DNA of 64,000 bases, taken from Owenia fusiformis. Lineage: Eukaryota. Below are positions 40,601-54,991 of the stretch, one piece after another. The stretch lies in contig CAIIXF020000001.1 in the NCBI GenBank assembly GCA_903813345.2, positions 19,158,001-19,222,000 of the forward strand, given 5' to 3'. The position numbers and the translations under genes are program-made. The notes beneath the pieces are model-generated. The model searched no databases, was not told the origin of the DNA, and saw nothing but the letters and a program-made list of their open reading frames with translations. Every line of letters begins with the position of its first letter. The first letter of the stretch is position 1.

Positions 40601-43600
40601 CAGCTTTCACAGGTGTAGCATATAGGTAAGATATACTTTGAAGAAAATAATGAATATTCGCTTATCAATTACCCTGCCCTTACAGACTACTTATAAACTA
40701 CTCTCTGCAAAGGGTAATTATCAATCCAAATGATTCTAAATCAAAAACATATAAAACCACAGATCTTCTAACAGTTAAATCTTACAGATGTTATCACATT
40801 CCCGCTTTGAAATGTCAACCTTGAACAATTAAATACTCAAGTTTAAGAGGTACAAGTATGCTTCAAAATCAACTTGACAAAACATATCTAGGTAGAAAGA
40901 AATATGACATATACATCACAGTAAAACCTGTATATTAAAAATACCTCTCTGATCCTAACACCCCTCAATGTGAACACTGTTTCTTGGTCTCAAATTTGTC
41001 ATCTCTGATAGACTCACATATAAAAAACTTGAAATGTGAACACCTGCTAATCTGAACACTTTTGGCAAGTCCCAGTAGCAATCGGAGTAGACAGGTTTTA
41101 CTGTATTTACTTCTTCAAGTTTCTTGAAGTTGATGATGTTTAAGGCTAGCAGAAGATTTACATACTTTTAGTTAACATTATCAAATAAGGAGTTTGTGAA
41201 AATATAGAAATCTTTTCTATCATTTTATTTCAACAATGATCAAAATTATATCGAGTGAATAAGTTGGTTAAAAAGTGCCATCATCCATGTTTCTAAGGGG
41301 AGAGATCATAACTTGCAAAACTAATTAGTACTACTGTAATAAATAGTATGTACTCAGCATCATGGCGTTCTATTTAGCTTCTTTCCCTGTGATGAGTATC
41401 AGAATGGGTACTCAGGGAGGGGGGGGGGGGGGGGGGTGTTAATTTAAATATTCACAACAGGTTGTCACTTCTCAATAAATAAGCCTAATAAACACAAATC
41501 TAACATGTTCACTGATGTACCATATGGCCAATGGGACACCATGTAGAGAAACTTGGAAATAGCGGTCTGAAAAAATACAATATAAATTGATCACATAAGA
41601 CATAAAAATCGTGTAACTAATCTTTTCTCTCAATTAAGTAGCTACAAATGTACTTGGTTCCTACTTGCCTAATTTTAAACCTTTTGGGTTCCACACATCT
41701 TCGCACTCTCAAGGTTTATGACTGATGGGAGCCGAGTGAACAAAAATGGGTTCCACAGTCTCTACTGTCTTATGCACTTCAAGAGAGCAGAAAAGATGAA
41801 GCATTAGATAAAGGGGTTACCTTGAAAAATGAGAGCATGGGGTCAATCGATATTTAAACTTAGAAATCCTTCCTGGTTTTTTATTAAATATTTAGAGAGA
41901 ACAACCCTTTTAAAAAGTCAGATTTCACTTCTAAAAGTTATTAATCTGGGCTGTCTGAGCACCAGGGTAAGATAGCACTAAGAGGAACAATCAAATTCAA
42001 ACAAATTGGCATACAAACTAAAGTGCAAATATAAATGGTTGGTAGACCAAATATGCCCATTATACACCCAAGCTATTAAACTACTATAACATAGCTTGCT
42101 GAGGTGCATCCAAGACCACTGCATGGCAGAAGCTACAAATCATCTCAATCTGGGGGATCTCAGTCTAGCATATAACATCAATGAATATGCTACAAATTGA
42201 GGAAATTCCCCATTCATTTACTACCCTTCGCAAGAGCTGGGCTTTATTTACACTCTCAAACCAACCATGTTTTCTTGGGAAAGTCAGTTAAACCGTTCCA
42301 TTCAATAATTCCTAATGAGATGTATATAAGCAACATAATAGATAATGATGGATAATAAATTATATATTTAGCCAACTTTTATTCAACTTTTTAACTTCAT
42401 ACCTCCCAAACAAGGTGCACATGTATTTTGTTTGATATATTCCAAGAGGAAAACTTAAAAAGCAACAAATAAAGACATCAATTATAAAGTAGATATTATA
42501 ATGTGCTACCACCCTGTTGGTCAAATGTCCCCTGGGCCATTAATTTGTAAATATATGTATCCCGTATTTGGTACCCTTATTAACCCTGGGACATTACTGC
42601 CTATTAAATTATAATTTATTTATTTTACAATTAAAGAATGAGAATTAAATACTGACATTTATTACTGACACTCGCGATTGATTCAAAAATTATTGGTGAA
42701 AACAGCAAAACTGACCAATAAAAGCAAAAATCTCCATGGTGAGACCTTTAATAAAATTCTATTAAATCGATCAATTTCATGGAGATCACAAAATTTGATC
42801 TTCAAATAGCAATCATCTTGAATGTCATATTTGAGTTAGTATCCACCCCATACCCATCCTCCCATGGAGGGACAAAATAACTGAAATGTTTGTACTTGTA
42901 TGGTTCTCGTTGAATTAAGCTAAGAGTAGCCAGAGAGTCTGCAATGAGCCACAGTGGTCATCTACAGAAACGCCAAGTTGGATCATAATCTCAACAAACC
43001 AACAATAGGTTGCTATGGGGTCACATATCTCAAGAATTTAATTTATTACAGATTCAATCATGGTATTCCTTTGTGTATTATACTTGCTTGTAGCCAGGTT
43101 TTACTAAGGGGAAGCTTTTGCTAAGGGGGAGAGAGCTCTTTTACACTTTTGTCTAAAAGTTCATGCGAAAAGTGCTCAGAATGGTGAAATGTACAGAAAA
43201 AGCTTTTGACTTGCTCCCAAAATCTGGGGTCCACAGGATTGGTTCTAATTTCTTGATTTATGATAATTTGTGGCTGATTTATATATATGCCAAAGAGATC
43301 AATTTCTTTATGTGGTCAGAAATGACTCTTGAGGCATGCCACTATACCAGCTCTACACTCTTGTGGTGATACAAGTGCATGAGCAATCCCAGAATTCCCA
43401 AGACTCTCCATGAAGATGTGGTATCTGATTGGTCAATCCAGATATGTGTAACTGGAGATGGTACATTGTTTATTGTGATAGATTCCATACAAAATTCAAA
43501 ATTTTATCTTTACATTGATATACTCTAAGGATATTATTATCAAAGATGCATATCAAAAAAATATTAAAATATCTTACAAAGTGACAAAACCGAAGACCCT

Positions 43601-46600
43601 GTGGCTATAAATAAATTACATTGTGCAATTTAACTACAGTCAAACCTGTCTAATCTGAACGCTGCTGGGACCAACCAAACATGTTCGGATTAGCAGGTGT
43701 TCACATCTTAAGTTTTTCAAATATGTGAGCAATGAGAAATAACAAATATGGGACTGGGAAAAGTGTTCAGATTGAAAGATGGTTGGATAAGTAAGGTGTT
43801 CGGATATGCAGATTTCACTGTATTAAACCACATGTGTGATTTTTCAAAAAGTAGATTTATTTAATAAACTGTGACAGCTAACAGGACTTGTCAATATAAT
43901 ATTATATAATCTGTACAACTAAACTGAGGTTTACCACAAAATTGGTCCATTAACTACTAACAGAATAACATTTACAAACCAAAATACATTTATAATGATA
44001 TAAGGATCAGTTTTTACATGACTATTTCATGACCAGAGAAGTGCGTTAGGTACACATAAAATTGAAATAAATCTCAACAAGACCAGAAATGAAAGGTATT
44101 TTACTAAAGAGAAGGGTCCTATCATAGATAATATGAATCTAGATATCTCAAATGTAAAAAGAAGAAATGAACAAATCCGTTCCAGCTAATGATAAATAAA
44201 TCATAACCATTCAATATCAGAACATGATTTGTTTAGAATCCAGATATTCACCATTTTTTTCAACAAGGTGAACGAAGAGTCCTTGAATGTTATAATTAAT
44301 AAACGCATGGTGTATCTAACATTTGACCCTCAGAATGACCAGATGTTCCCTCAAGTCTCAAATGCATAACCACAAACAAAAATGGGGCAATGTATGCAGT
44401 TTCCGAGATTTAAGCACAATGGCTCTTTATTGCTAGACCACTTGTGTCCACTTTACAAGAACTGGCACACTTAAAAACAACCCCCTAGAAAGTTCAAATC
44501 TCTTTCGTACTCACTTATCCTCAATACATGTACATAACTTCATATATGACTTGTCCCTACTTTGTACATACAAATATATTTCATTAGTACATTCTTTGAA
44601 TTTAGCTTTGTTCCAGACTTTTCACTGATTTTAAAATTCAAAACTGATCTTGTCAAAATTGGTGACGACAGCTTTTTTTCATGAAAACTCAATATATTTA
44701 TGCCAAATGGATTCCTTTGCAAAAAGTAGGCATAGGGTAAATGCAATCCTATCAATGCCTTAAATTATTTATCTACATACTAGTATTATACATAAATATG
44801 TAATTAAGCACAACAATCGGTGGTCACTCAAGGAGACGCAGGTGTGTTATGAAACATTCATGAAATACTTTACTTTCCATTAATTACATCTCCCTATACA
44901 CCTCCAACAATGACATTATATAATAATTCCATCTTCTTTGGAATCCAGTGTACTCTAGTAGCCTGGACATGTTTTGAAATATGGTTAATAACAAATTATT
45001 GATATATTACGCACTGAACAGGTGCTTCCAAAAATAAATTGTTTTTCGTTTGCTATTATTGAATCCATATCGAGTGCAAACTTCTTCACGAATCGCAGGT
45101 TCAACATGGAGTATAGCTTGGGTCATTTAATAAAATAAAAATACAAGTATTTCATTATGAACATATCATACACGAAGCACTAAATCTGCATGCATGTTTT
45201 TTATTGGTTTTTATATTGAATAAAATATCAGCACACTATTGACAGAAGAGGCAAATTTCATTTTTATTTCTATTTTTTCAATTAAATTGAAAAGATCAAA
45301 CACTTTGATACCCTTTCAGTTTCACGAGTACATATTCAAAAAGAACAAATTGTGTGATAGTGGTAGTTGGTAAACCAAACACTCAACAGTTCAAAATAAA
45401 CATGGATTGCCTATAACAGAGGAGTTATTTTAGGTAACCAAATGTGTGGCCACTGTTTTATTATATGTATTATTTCAGCCTTTTTAAAGTGACCATTTGG
45501 CTTATTGCTCAGTTAGCCTTTCATCTTATATAGAAACAACAGTGTCCGGTTATTAGTTATGGGCAATGTTATTAAAACACACCGGATTAACCAGCAGGTA
45601 TTTTTGCAAACCTAGTGCAGTTACGTCTTTTATAATAACTCATGTTATATCATGTTTAAGTTCATGGTCTGGGTGCATTTTATATTTTGAACATAGAACA
45701 TTTTATCTTGCAATCCATGTCTTTTCTCTGAGAATCAACACTAGAACAACTCCCCATGGGCCACTAAAAGGTATATATAGGCAGAATTCTCTAATCTGAT
45801 AAGAGAGGTCAGGAATCAACCAAATATTTGTGATCTTTGGATTGTAGACATTTTCTCAATACCCATAAAATTATTTTAAAGAAAATCAGGTAATTATCTA
45901 TTACAGATATGAAAATGAAAAATTCTTGATTTTCAACCTTACGTCTATATGTATTTATGAAAATGCTACTATTAATGTATGCCTCGTGTAAATATGTCAC
46001 AAGATTGTCAACAGCTATAAAATATAATAGGCAGTTAAGAGACAGGTAAGGACTTCAAAAGAAACAAACTGAGATAATATTAATGTTAGAGAGCATGCTA
46101 CAAAAATATGATTTATTTCTCCATACTAGTTCATAAGTTCACCACTGAAAAACATCATATTCAAAAATCAGGAATTACTGTACCGCTCAAGAAATAAGCT
46201 TTAAGGAGATAAAATGAATAAAAAATTCATTCATGATTATTTTTTCATATATTCATGTGATCAAAATGTCATAAACCTACTCATCCAAACAAGCGATTTC
46301 TACTCACAAATGTTTAATAAAAAAGATTATTTGTTCACCACAAACTGATCAACAAGAAATATACATATGTATAAATATAAACATGTATTCAAACTAAAAG
46401 TTCCACAAATTGGTTTAAAATAGAATTTTTTATACACATGTTTTCATTCACCATGTTCGCTTCACTATGTTCACAATATGACAGTAACATCTAAGTAAGA
46501 TGAACACCTCTGTTACATGAATACTTTCAGGGGTCTTCAATCGCTCCCATGTTGAACTCCCCTCTGATGAACACCTATAAACTTGAATATGAACACTCCT

Positions 46601-49600
46601 TTGCCCGTTCACACTGAAGGGGTTTAACTGTTTACTATATATTTCTCTCATCAATGCAAAATGGACCATGTTATTTTAACCAAATTTTATACAAAGGAAG
46701 AAACCGCAACTTTTTGTTGAAACCAATCATGAAGATTAATATATAGTACAGTGCTATGTACTTCATTTGTAATATGACTCCTCCCCCAAAGATGCTCTCA
46801 GTAAAGAGTGAGGTTAGTCAAGAATCTGATGAACTTCAGATTTTGCTTTCCTTATTGCAAGCTATCTAAAAGATTGGACCAAGCCGCTTCTGATTCTGAC
46901 AGAACTAAGACTAATGTCAAAGAGGATGAGTTTCATATTGACACCTTATACATAGTGATCAGATTTATAAAAATTGATATCTTAAAGAAATAAAAGATCG
47001 TTACAAGCCTCTTTAATTAATGCCACGATCAGATTTACAATTTGGATTATACCAGGGGAACAGTGACAATAATCTCCAAAACTGTCCACCAAATATAATA
47101 ACAACTACACTTCACATAATCCAACACAGATGTTACACATTTGTTGTATTCCTGTATTTCTGGTCAGTTTTGTTTTAACAGCTATCACAATTAACTGTTT
47201 ACTCATCCGGTCATGTTAACCCTTCGCAAGAACTCTACTTCATATATCCTCTTTAATTAAAATACAGAGTACTTTTTAATCAAGCCTAATTCAATCAATT
47301 CAGTAAATCTGTATTTTGAACTGATATGTAGCTATTCCCTTTACTTTACATCCTAACTCTCACAAAATCATTCATTTGAGATTTTTGAAAAATCTTATCT
47401 GCATCAACTCTGTTACATCTTCTAAAAAGAGGGTAGTATAGCTAGAAATATGGATTGAGGGTATGAAAAGCTAGAATTACAGGATTATCAAGACAGATAA
47501 TGGCCCCTAATTGAATAAGCATATCTCAGTCCACATTTGGAATCATCATTTTTATATTAGTCTGATTCATATGGCACATTCTCTATTTCATTCTATTAGA
47601 TTCCATTATATGGTTTTATATCTGGGCACTCAGAACTATACCTTGACCAGAAAACACCTGAAGCAATAAACACTTCTTAAACTAATAAACACCTCTTTGA
47701 TCTGAACACCTTGAGACCATATGCTTGTGTAATTGTGTTGGTCCAAATATGTTTCACAGAGACACCAGCGCAATGAACGCAATGAACTGTGAAGCAAAAA
47801 ACATAGTCATAGAAGATACAAAAATAACATGTGGGTTTGCTTCCAAAAAGATGGATGGAGGTAATGTTACTGATATAATAACTCCTTTCATCTTCCAGAT
47901 CAAGTGTCTCTTTTTTTATATCTAAATTATGTAACCATATAGCCGAGTTATGATCTCTTTTGTGTGTGAATACAGCTATATATTTTATATTTGTTCTGTT
48001 ATCTAACCTGGACTATTTTTCCTTATGATAACTGTTTTAAGCGGAGTTGTTACAACAACGAACATGAATTCTGACGTGGAAAATTGATGGCTGAACTCAA
48101 TTGTTGATCTAGCTATCAGTATATGTCTCCTGTTACATATTTGTTACCTCCCTATTGGCCATATCAGGCAATAATTCGGGACACTTTGGTATTTGTCTAT
48201 AGTATATCAATCATAAGATAAACTAAAACAGCACATGAAATAAGCCTATAACTCTAAGCAAATAGTCACTATCTTTAGACAATTAGCCAAGTTCTGATCT
48301 ATCTTCCTCATTGGTATCAATCATGATTCTATTAACTCACAGAGAGATTTTACTTCTAATGTAAACAATGGTAAGACTGGCCAGAGACCCAAGTCATTTC
48401 ATGTGATTTCATCTTTAGTGCAATATAGTTTCAAGTTCGATAAATGTTTTTGAAAAGAAATCTGATTCTTTGACAAACAGAAGATCCAGTAATTCTATTT
48501 TTAGCTCATCGAAACATTTACTGTTGTTTTACCGGTGCACTAACTTTCAACCACTTCCTTTGACTCTCCTACTATCTATTGATTCAACTTCCTGGATTTC
48601 TATTATTAAAAAAACATTATTTCAAGAGTGAAATAAAAGTCTTGAGGTTGAGATCTTTTAAGAAGTTCAATGTTTGTTTTTTTCTTTAAAACTGATGTTA
48701 GACTACTACTTCAACACATTCTTAACATATTTAGCATTGTAACTGATTTAACTAAAGAAGCCGTTATATCCTGTTGGACCGATCCCCACAGGCTACATGT
48801 GTATCGCATACCTATAATGATTTAAACATATCATGGGAAACAGTTTGCGTCAAATACAATCACTGACTGTCAATGGGAAATACAGTTCGCAGTAAACAGT
48901 GAAGATATCATACAAGTAGTTCTGTACTCAAATTGCATTTGTACTAACTTATCTAAATAACTCTCACTGGTGTGCTGGAGATCTTTACAGCCTCTGCCCT
49001 CTTGACCAGGAGACAAGTGGTAGATGGTCTAATCTACAACCATCAACCACAGACAACAGAACCCATAAAATCTTCATGTGAAGTCATGCATAAAATACCC
49101 TTTGATAGACCCCAATTTGTCTTGCTCTCTTTAAATAATTCTTTAATCTATGCAAACACCAATCAGATCATTTCTTATTCAAACTCCCATTAAAGGCCGC
49201 AGAAGTTAATTATCGATTAGCATCAAAATTATGAGAATGTTCGAGGGTTATGTGGTTAGCCAATGGAGTGTCATAGTATATGCAAGAAACTCCATGTGGC
49301 CGATCAATGTGAATGTACCTTTGTATAACCTGGTAAGCTATGGTAACATAAAAAGCAATTCATCTATTTGAACTTCTGGACACTGGCCAGACAAGAATGT
49401 TTCTAGAATATAAAAAGCATACAGATAGTGACATACACATATAAGTTATGAATGGTTTATTTAAGATTTTCGTATGACACTATCATACCAAAAATATTGT
49501 TCTACATTTGTCTAAAAAGAAAAAGTTGACAAAGAAATATTTCTTAGAAATGATGGTCAATCACAGGTGTTAATCGATAACTCAGAATTATACGACATCA

Positions 49601-52600
49601 GCCATCCATCACTGCGTGATGCCAAACAACATGTCAAATAAGTCAGACCAATTTGATGGCTACTCCATCCTGTCAGTTCATATCTATCTGACAGGCTCTG
49701 TTGACAGACCAGGGGGTTACAGACACCTACAGACAGGTAGACTCGTCTCCCTCCCCACTTGGACTCAACAGTTGCTTGATAAGGTTTTTCGTCTCTGCAC
49801 ACAATCCTGCCATAAACCACAACAGTTATTTCAGGGTAATAGTAGATATCATGGAATACCCATTATGAATGTTTCAATATAGAGCATATTCGTAAACCCG
49901 ATACAATATGCCTTTTGAAAGAGCATCCCTCCCTATCAAAGAGAGTTTTCAAAGTGACTGCTAATGACAAAATTGGAGCAAAGAAATATGAAAATGAAGA
50001 AGTGTTATTTAAAATCCTTCTTCAAAAACACTGTGATGTACACTTATTAACCTTTGATATACAGTATATGAGGATGGCAGGTGCCAAACATATATTATAC
50101 TCTTATATGCTACGCAGGGTACATTATAATGAATAGGATCACATGCATGTTACCTCCTTGAGTGACACCATAACATCAGGAGACCATGTTTTCTAACTAC
50201 TCATTACCAATAATATAATATAACTTAAAAGTGTCTATACTTTCTTCAAGATAACTTAAAACACTCTTTTTAGTTATTTCAACCTGAAGAATAAAACAGC
50301 ATCTCGGAAAGGCATTTGCTTGAACACTCATACGAGGGTTGTCCAAAAAGTTAATCGATAAAGCTAGAACAAAAGTTTCAAGACTTTTTAGACAACCCTC
50401 GTATATGAACACATTATTAGACGTTTATGGTAATCATGAATTGAAATAAATCAATGTTTAACTCTCAAAGTCTCAAGCATGAAACACATTGAACTAATCA
50501 AGTTTGGTAAAGCCACTGACAAAATGAATTTTTAAGCTCACACTTCATTTACTTGTTTTGCTAAAACCATCAGAGGGGGTTTATTTTCATATCTTATTCG
50601 AGTTAAGCCTAATATATCCGAGTATATAATTGCAATTTTTTCATCATTCACCAAATCATGCCCATGAATAGCTAAAGTAATTCCTACAAAGTAACAGGTT
50701 TAGTGCGGCCTAAGCCTTTACATCTAATGTTTGTGAAGTAAATTCAGCAATGTTGACAAAATCACCAAGGATTGTATTCTAATCATAAGAGTCTATTTTA
50801 GGAAGGATTTTAAGGTAAGAAAGTGGAATGAAAAAGAATTTTGAATGTTGATACTTTGCGGAAAGATTCTGAAATCTGGATTTCCCCATAGATTCAAAAT
50901 TGGTTAATTATTATGAGATACAAGGGTATCTACTATCAATCAAACTACTAATTATTATCAATCAGAATATCTTCCAATATGCTATAGTGGCACAACTAGA
51001 AAGAAACATTAAATGAGCAAGTTGTATGTTTTCAGAGTTGCACCAATACAAATAACCACAAAATTGTGTGATAGCCAAGGCAGCCAGTTTCAGAGCTTCA
51101 AGGAAGGAATTTCCTTACAAAACAAACGAGATCAAGCACACTGAAATCTAGAATCAAAACTTCTCTACAGTTCATTACACCTGTAGCTCAGAACTTGTAA
51201 ATATGATATGACAAGAAATCTAATATCAACAGATAACTGAAAACCTGATTCATTCCTAGAGAAGTGAGAACATGTAGCCTACCTCCAAATATCGCGATTA
51301 CAGTAGATAGGCCAAAGAAATGTCTCAGATTAAAGCTATGCCCCATTCATTTACTTCCGGGCAATTCGTAATCTTTTTCAAGCAGTGAGATGGACTGGTT
51401 CTCTTAAAGGCTGATTCAGACAGACGTGATTGAAGGATTACACTCTGGTTAACTAAGAACTCAAGCCGCATTTCCTTCTCAATATAATTCCTCATTAATT
51501 CCTAATATACATTCGCACATATAAATATGGATTACTTTAGCTGGTGGGATGATACTATAAAATATCATACATATATGTATATTTCTGAAATAATTTATCT
51601 AAATCACTGACTTATACTTAAAATACTCAAACGTAACATGTTTTCTTAAAATACACAAAAGATGCATGGACCAAAATATCCAACTTATTTTTGCTACAGA
51701 GTTCTGGAAACCCCAAAATAAAATGTTATTACTAAAATAACCAATACAATACTCATTTCTACAAAATATAGTACCTACAGTAGACCCCGCAAACAAGCAT
51801 AAATACATATGAACTTAATAAGATATACCATGCACTTTATAAATCTAATTCTATTTCTACAGACTGTATGATGAAATTAAACCACTGCTATGAGATAATG
51901 ATGTAATTATAATAGGACAATACGACACTCATTTGATTATTAATTAACAGGATCATGTATGCACTAAGATTCAAATAGCATGTGGACGTAACATAATCTA
52001 CCCTATCATAAAAATACACTAATTTACGTTTATTTTTCACTTAACATATATCTTAAATTGAATTTCAAATTCTCAACTTTAAATTAATACCAAAGATGAA
52101 AAACTCATATAGAAAAAAATATTAAATTTCGGCACCCACTAGGGAAATCAAATGCATGCTAGATAGTTATCAGACACTATGATTAATTAGTACTCAGGAG
52201 ATAGCCATAAGATAAATATGATAAACTTATTTAATATGATGGAATCGCCATAAAGACATCTGCTTAAGGAATATACAAATGTGGCATAGTAAATATGACA
52301 AATATTGTACAGCTCCAAAAACTGAACAAAATTCCTGTTTTTTACAGAAAAAAGTGTTAATGTAACAAATACATTTTTGGTATAATGATATGAATGGTTG
52401 GAATTTGACTTTGTTAGTAGAAGCTTTAGTTAATACTAGTTAACCATAAGTTTAACATGTTAATGTCAAACAAGCCTCATACCCCCAATTCACAGTTTGC
52501 AATTTTATGTCCAACCTGTGTTAATTTGTCTTTTATTTGACAGGTAATTACAACTTACCTGTGAAAGATTCAGCTCGTTAAGTGGTACACATTGCTCTTC

Positions 52601-53434
52601 TACTTCTTCTACTGCACCTGTATGTTTGTTCCTCCGGCCAGCTTCTTGCGCTAAATACAAATCTAACACAGGAGGTCCTCGTGATTTTATTTCACTTTCG
52701 GTTAAACTGTTCACCATAAGCATTACCCACACTGGTCGTTTCCTTTCCCAGTTTCCAGCTATTGCATTAAATAAATAATCAGCATACAAGCCACGCCCTC
52801 TCTGGTCTTTTGTCATCCAGTTCGGCATCATCCGTTTCACATAAGTTATATGATCCTTTAGTCGTTTATATAAATCTGTTGGTAGAATCGTTGACAAATT
52901 TTGTCCTTTTGGTAAAAGTTGGCAATTTGCGAGGTCTGAGATTGTATATGGGTTTGTCAAGTCAAGTTCAAAGTAGATATACTGTGAATGGGCAAAAGCT
53001 TCTTTAGTGTTGTCAGGAATGAAATCCCAAACCTTTGTATAAGGAACATGAATCGTTCCAAAGAAGTAAGATGGTGGCCCAGGCGGGTCTCGTTTTATTG
53101 TCCATAAAAATGAATTCAGATTCGATTGCTGAAAGAAAAAAGATTGTGCAAATTATTCATTAAATTCATGGACATCTGTGTCTTTGTTAGCGGGCTTTAG
53201 CTAAAGATCTGAAAATGCATTATTGCAAAAGCTAGTTCAAGAATGGACTGCACCGTTATGATGTAAGAATAATTTTTTTGAAATTGCAGCAGTGAAAAAC
53301 TGCATGATAAAATAGAGAGTACTTACATCTGTTGTGTGCCTGCATGGATATTCCATGTTATTGTTGTATGTTGGCAATGATAGACATGCGATGAAGAGAA
53401 ATTGGAGAAGAGAGAGAAAAAGCCAATTCAGCAT
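28618..53434 (-). CDS. TRABD2: TIKI (TraB-domain) metalloprotease, Wnt-inactivating, ~490 aa
   Basis: Exons 53434-53327 (signal peptide), 53128-52559 ([86 protein letters not shown]), 38951-38636 ([35 protein letters not shown]), 34702-34612 ([13 protein letters not shown]), 32117-31977, 29785-29666 (FNELWVRID) and 28744-28618 (hydrophobic tail [13 protein letters not shown]). Total 1473 nt with matching phases. Exons 5 and 7 rest on splice signals and phase only and are less certain. Confidence 0.92.
29480..29678. repeat. Degenerate ~30-bp array derived from the TIKI exon 6 donor junction
   Basis: Variants of CTTACGGGGTAGGGTCTACAAATCATTTTA. Confidence 0.6.
32840..32980. mobile_element. Degenerate MITE of the CAGT/TA family
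   Basis: Right end ACAGGTTTCACTG|TA; inverted AAGTGGAACACCT / AGGTGTTCCACTT. Confidence 0.55.
34399..34595. repeat. 32-bp minisatellite beside the TIKI exon 4 donor
   Basis: AGGACTGTGCCATAAGTTATGTGCCTTCCACA, 5-6 diverged copies. Confidence 0.85.
36238..36392. mobile_element. MITE, same CAGT/TA family
   Basis: TA|CAGTGAAACCTGT ... ACAGGTTTTACTG|TA with internal GAACAC repeats. Confidence 0.75.
38239..38620. repeat. ~33-36-bp minisatellite beside the TIKI exon 3 donor
   Basis: Core GAGGGTTGTTCAATCTTTTACACATATCTTTTCT, ~11 diverged copies. Confidence 0.85.
40919..41103. mobile_element. MITE, same CAGT/TA family
   Basis: CAGTAAAACCTGT ... ACAGGTTTTACTG|TA; internal sequence aligns by eye to 36238-36392. 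Confidence 0.75.
43637..43820. mobile_element. MITE, same CAGT/TA family, opposite orientation
   Basis: TA|CAGTCAAACCTGT ... GCAGATTTCACTG|TA with GTGTTC repeats. Confidence 0.7.
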
Positions 53435-53708
53435 ACTGCCACTCCATCGAAGTTTCAACCCATTAGGACTTCAAATATCCTCATGGGCTGCTTGTCAACA
53501 AACTTTTTTGAAGTTCCCAAACTTTTCAGCATTTTTCAAAGTTTATTCTCTATGATTGCGCTATTTATTTGATATGTGCAGATTCATCTATACGTTTTCC
53601 ATTTTCTATGTTACATTTTCTTTGCTACTCCTCGTAATTCGCACGTGTGTATCCGTAGATAACTGACTTTCGAAGTAAGAAAACTATACAAACATCTTTC
53701 TTCAATTT

Positions 53709-54013
53709 CAAGGAGGATTGGCTCCCAGGATCGAAACTCGATATTTTCCAACAATGAAAACGTCGAAATGTCGTTATTTTCTGAAATTAAAACCGACTAT
53801 AAATTCAAAATAAACAGTTCAAAAGATTCGAACCAATATCTCGATCGTTTCTTGTGAGTTTTGGAATTTTTCGTTTGGAAATAAGACCAAAATTCACGAT
53901 TTAAATGTTGAAGTGAACAAAATGGCGGCTGTTTGAATTCGAATTTTGTATTACGACATACCCATATATGGGACAGAATATCGGTGGTGCACTCTGGGAG
54001 CCAATCCTCCTTG
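53709..54013. mobile_element. 305-bp MITE with 9-bp TSD (Mutator- or Merlin-like TSD length), upstream of TIKI
   Basis: Perfect 20-bp TIRs CAAGGAGGATTGGCTCCCAG (53709-53728) / CTGGGAGCCAATCCTCCTTG (53994-54013); direct repeat CTTCAATTT at 53700-53708 and 54014-54022. Confidence 0.9.
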
Positions 54014-54991
54014 CTTCAATTTACAACTTTACAAGACTGATGTGCGCGCACTTTAATAGTGCAATCTGATTGGTTAATATTTAATCAATTTCATGACGCG
54101 CCAGATGTTTATTATTTCTAGTGCCCTGGACAAAACTGGAGAAATCTATATTTATTTTCTTCAAGATATAGCAGAATAGTATAAAATTGTTAAAATCAGA
54201 ATGTATTGTTTGTAATATTGTAGAAAATATAAAGTGTATATAATCATGTTTTCAAAACATAGTTAAGATCCTCATAGATTATATTCTTTGTCCAACCATA
54301 GACATTATATTATTGTTATAACTAATTTCACTAAGAGTATGACTCACGCAGACAAGGGCACTGATTGGTTATAGAAAGCCTATGCTTTGACTAAGGGTAT
54401 TGTCCAAAGGTCAAAGGTTAATAAAATATTTAACACAGGAGCTGAAGTTCACTAACTTAGTTCAGAAGTCACACAGGTTAATATGAACGGCAAGGTCAAA
54501 TATCAATTGTTCAACATTCTTTGGAAAATATTTAGGTCACAATGTCAAAGCAACATAATATAGGTTGATGATCAAACATGTATCTATAGCAGGCCTGTCA
54601 ACTGTCCCGCAATTTGCGTATTTGTCACGCATTTGCTGAAGAATTTGAAGTCACGCCAGTTTTTTTTGCGTGACAGAAAATGTCACGCAAATACGCATTT
54701 TACCTGGTAATTGTCACGCAAAAATATTTCTGTAGAAAAGTTTTCAAAATATGTTGACGATACGGTAAAAATACGAAAGTCGGAAAAAACCGAACGCAAT
54801 TTGTTCGGATTTGTCACGCGAATCCCGTATGTGTCACGCATGTTAATTGGAAATTTTCGTACCTACCCCCCCCCCCCCCCCCCCCCCCCGTTGACGATAT
54901 CGCGAGCGTAGCTAGCGCGAAAAATTGAGGTGTCCAAAATTTGATTAAATGCAATCAAATTGAAAACAAGGTGCTCAAATTGTGGCCAAGA

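Noticed and set aside
49557-49900. GC-richer patch with overlapping ORFs in the TIKI intron, considered as a nested gene
   Set aside because: No splice-consistent exon or known motif; it could be regulatory but that is unsupported.
3676-53434. MIB2 (Notch) plus TIKI (Wnt) as a functional developmental gene cluster
   Set aside because: Adjacency alone is not evidence in an animal genome; conserved microsynteny cannot be assessed from this window.
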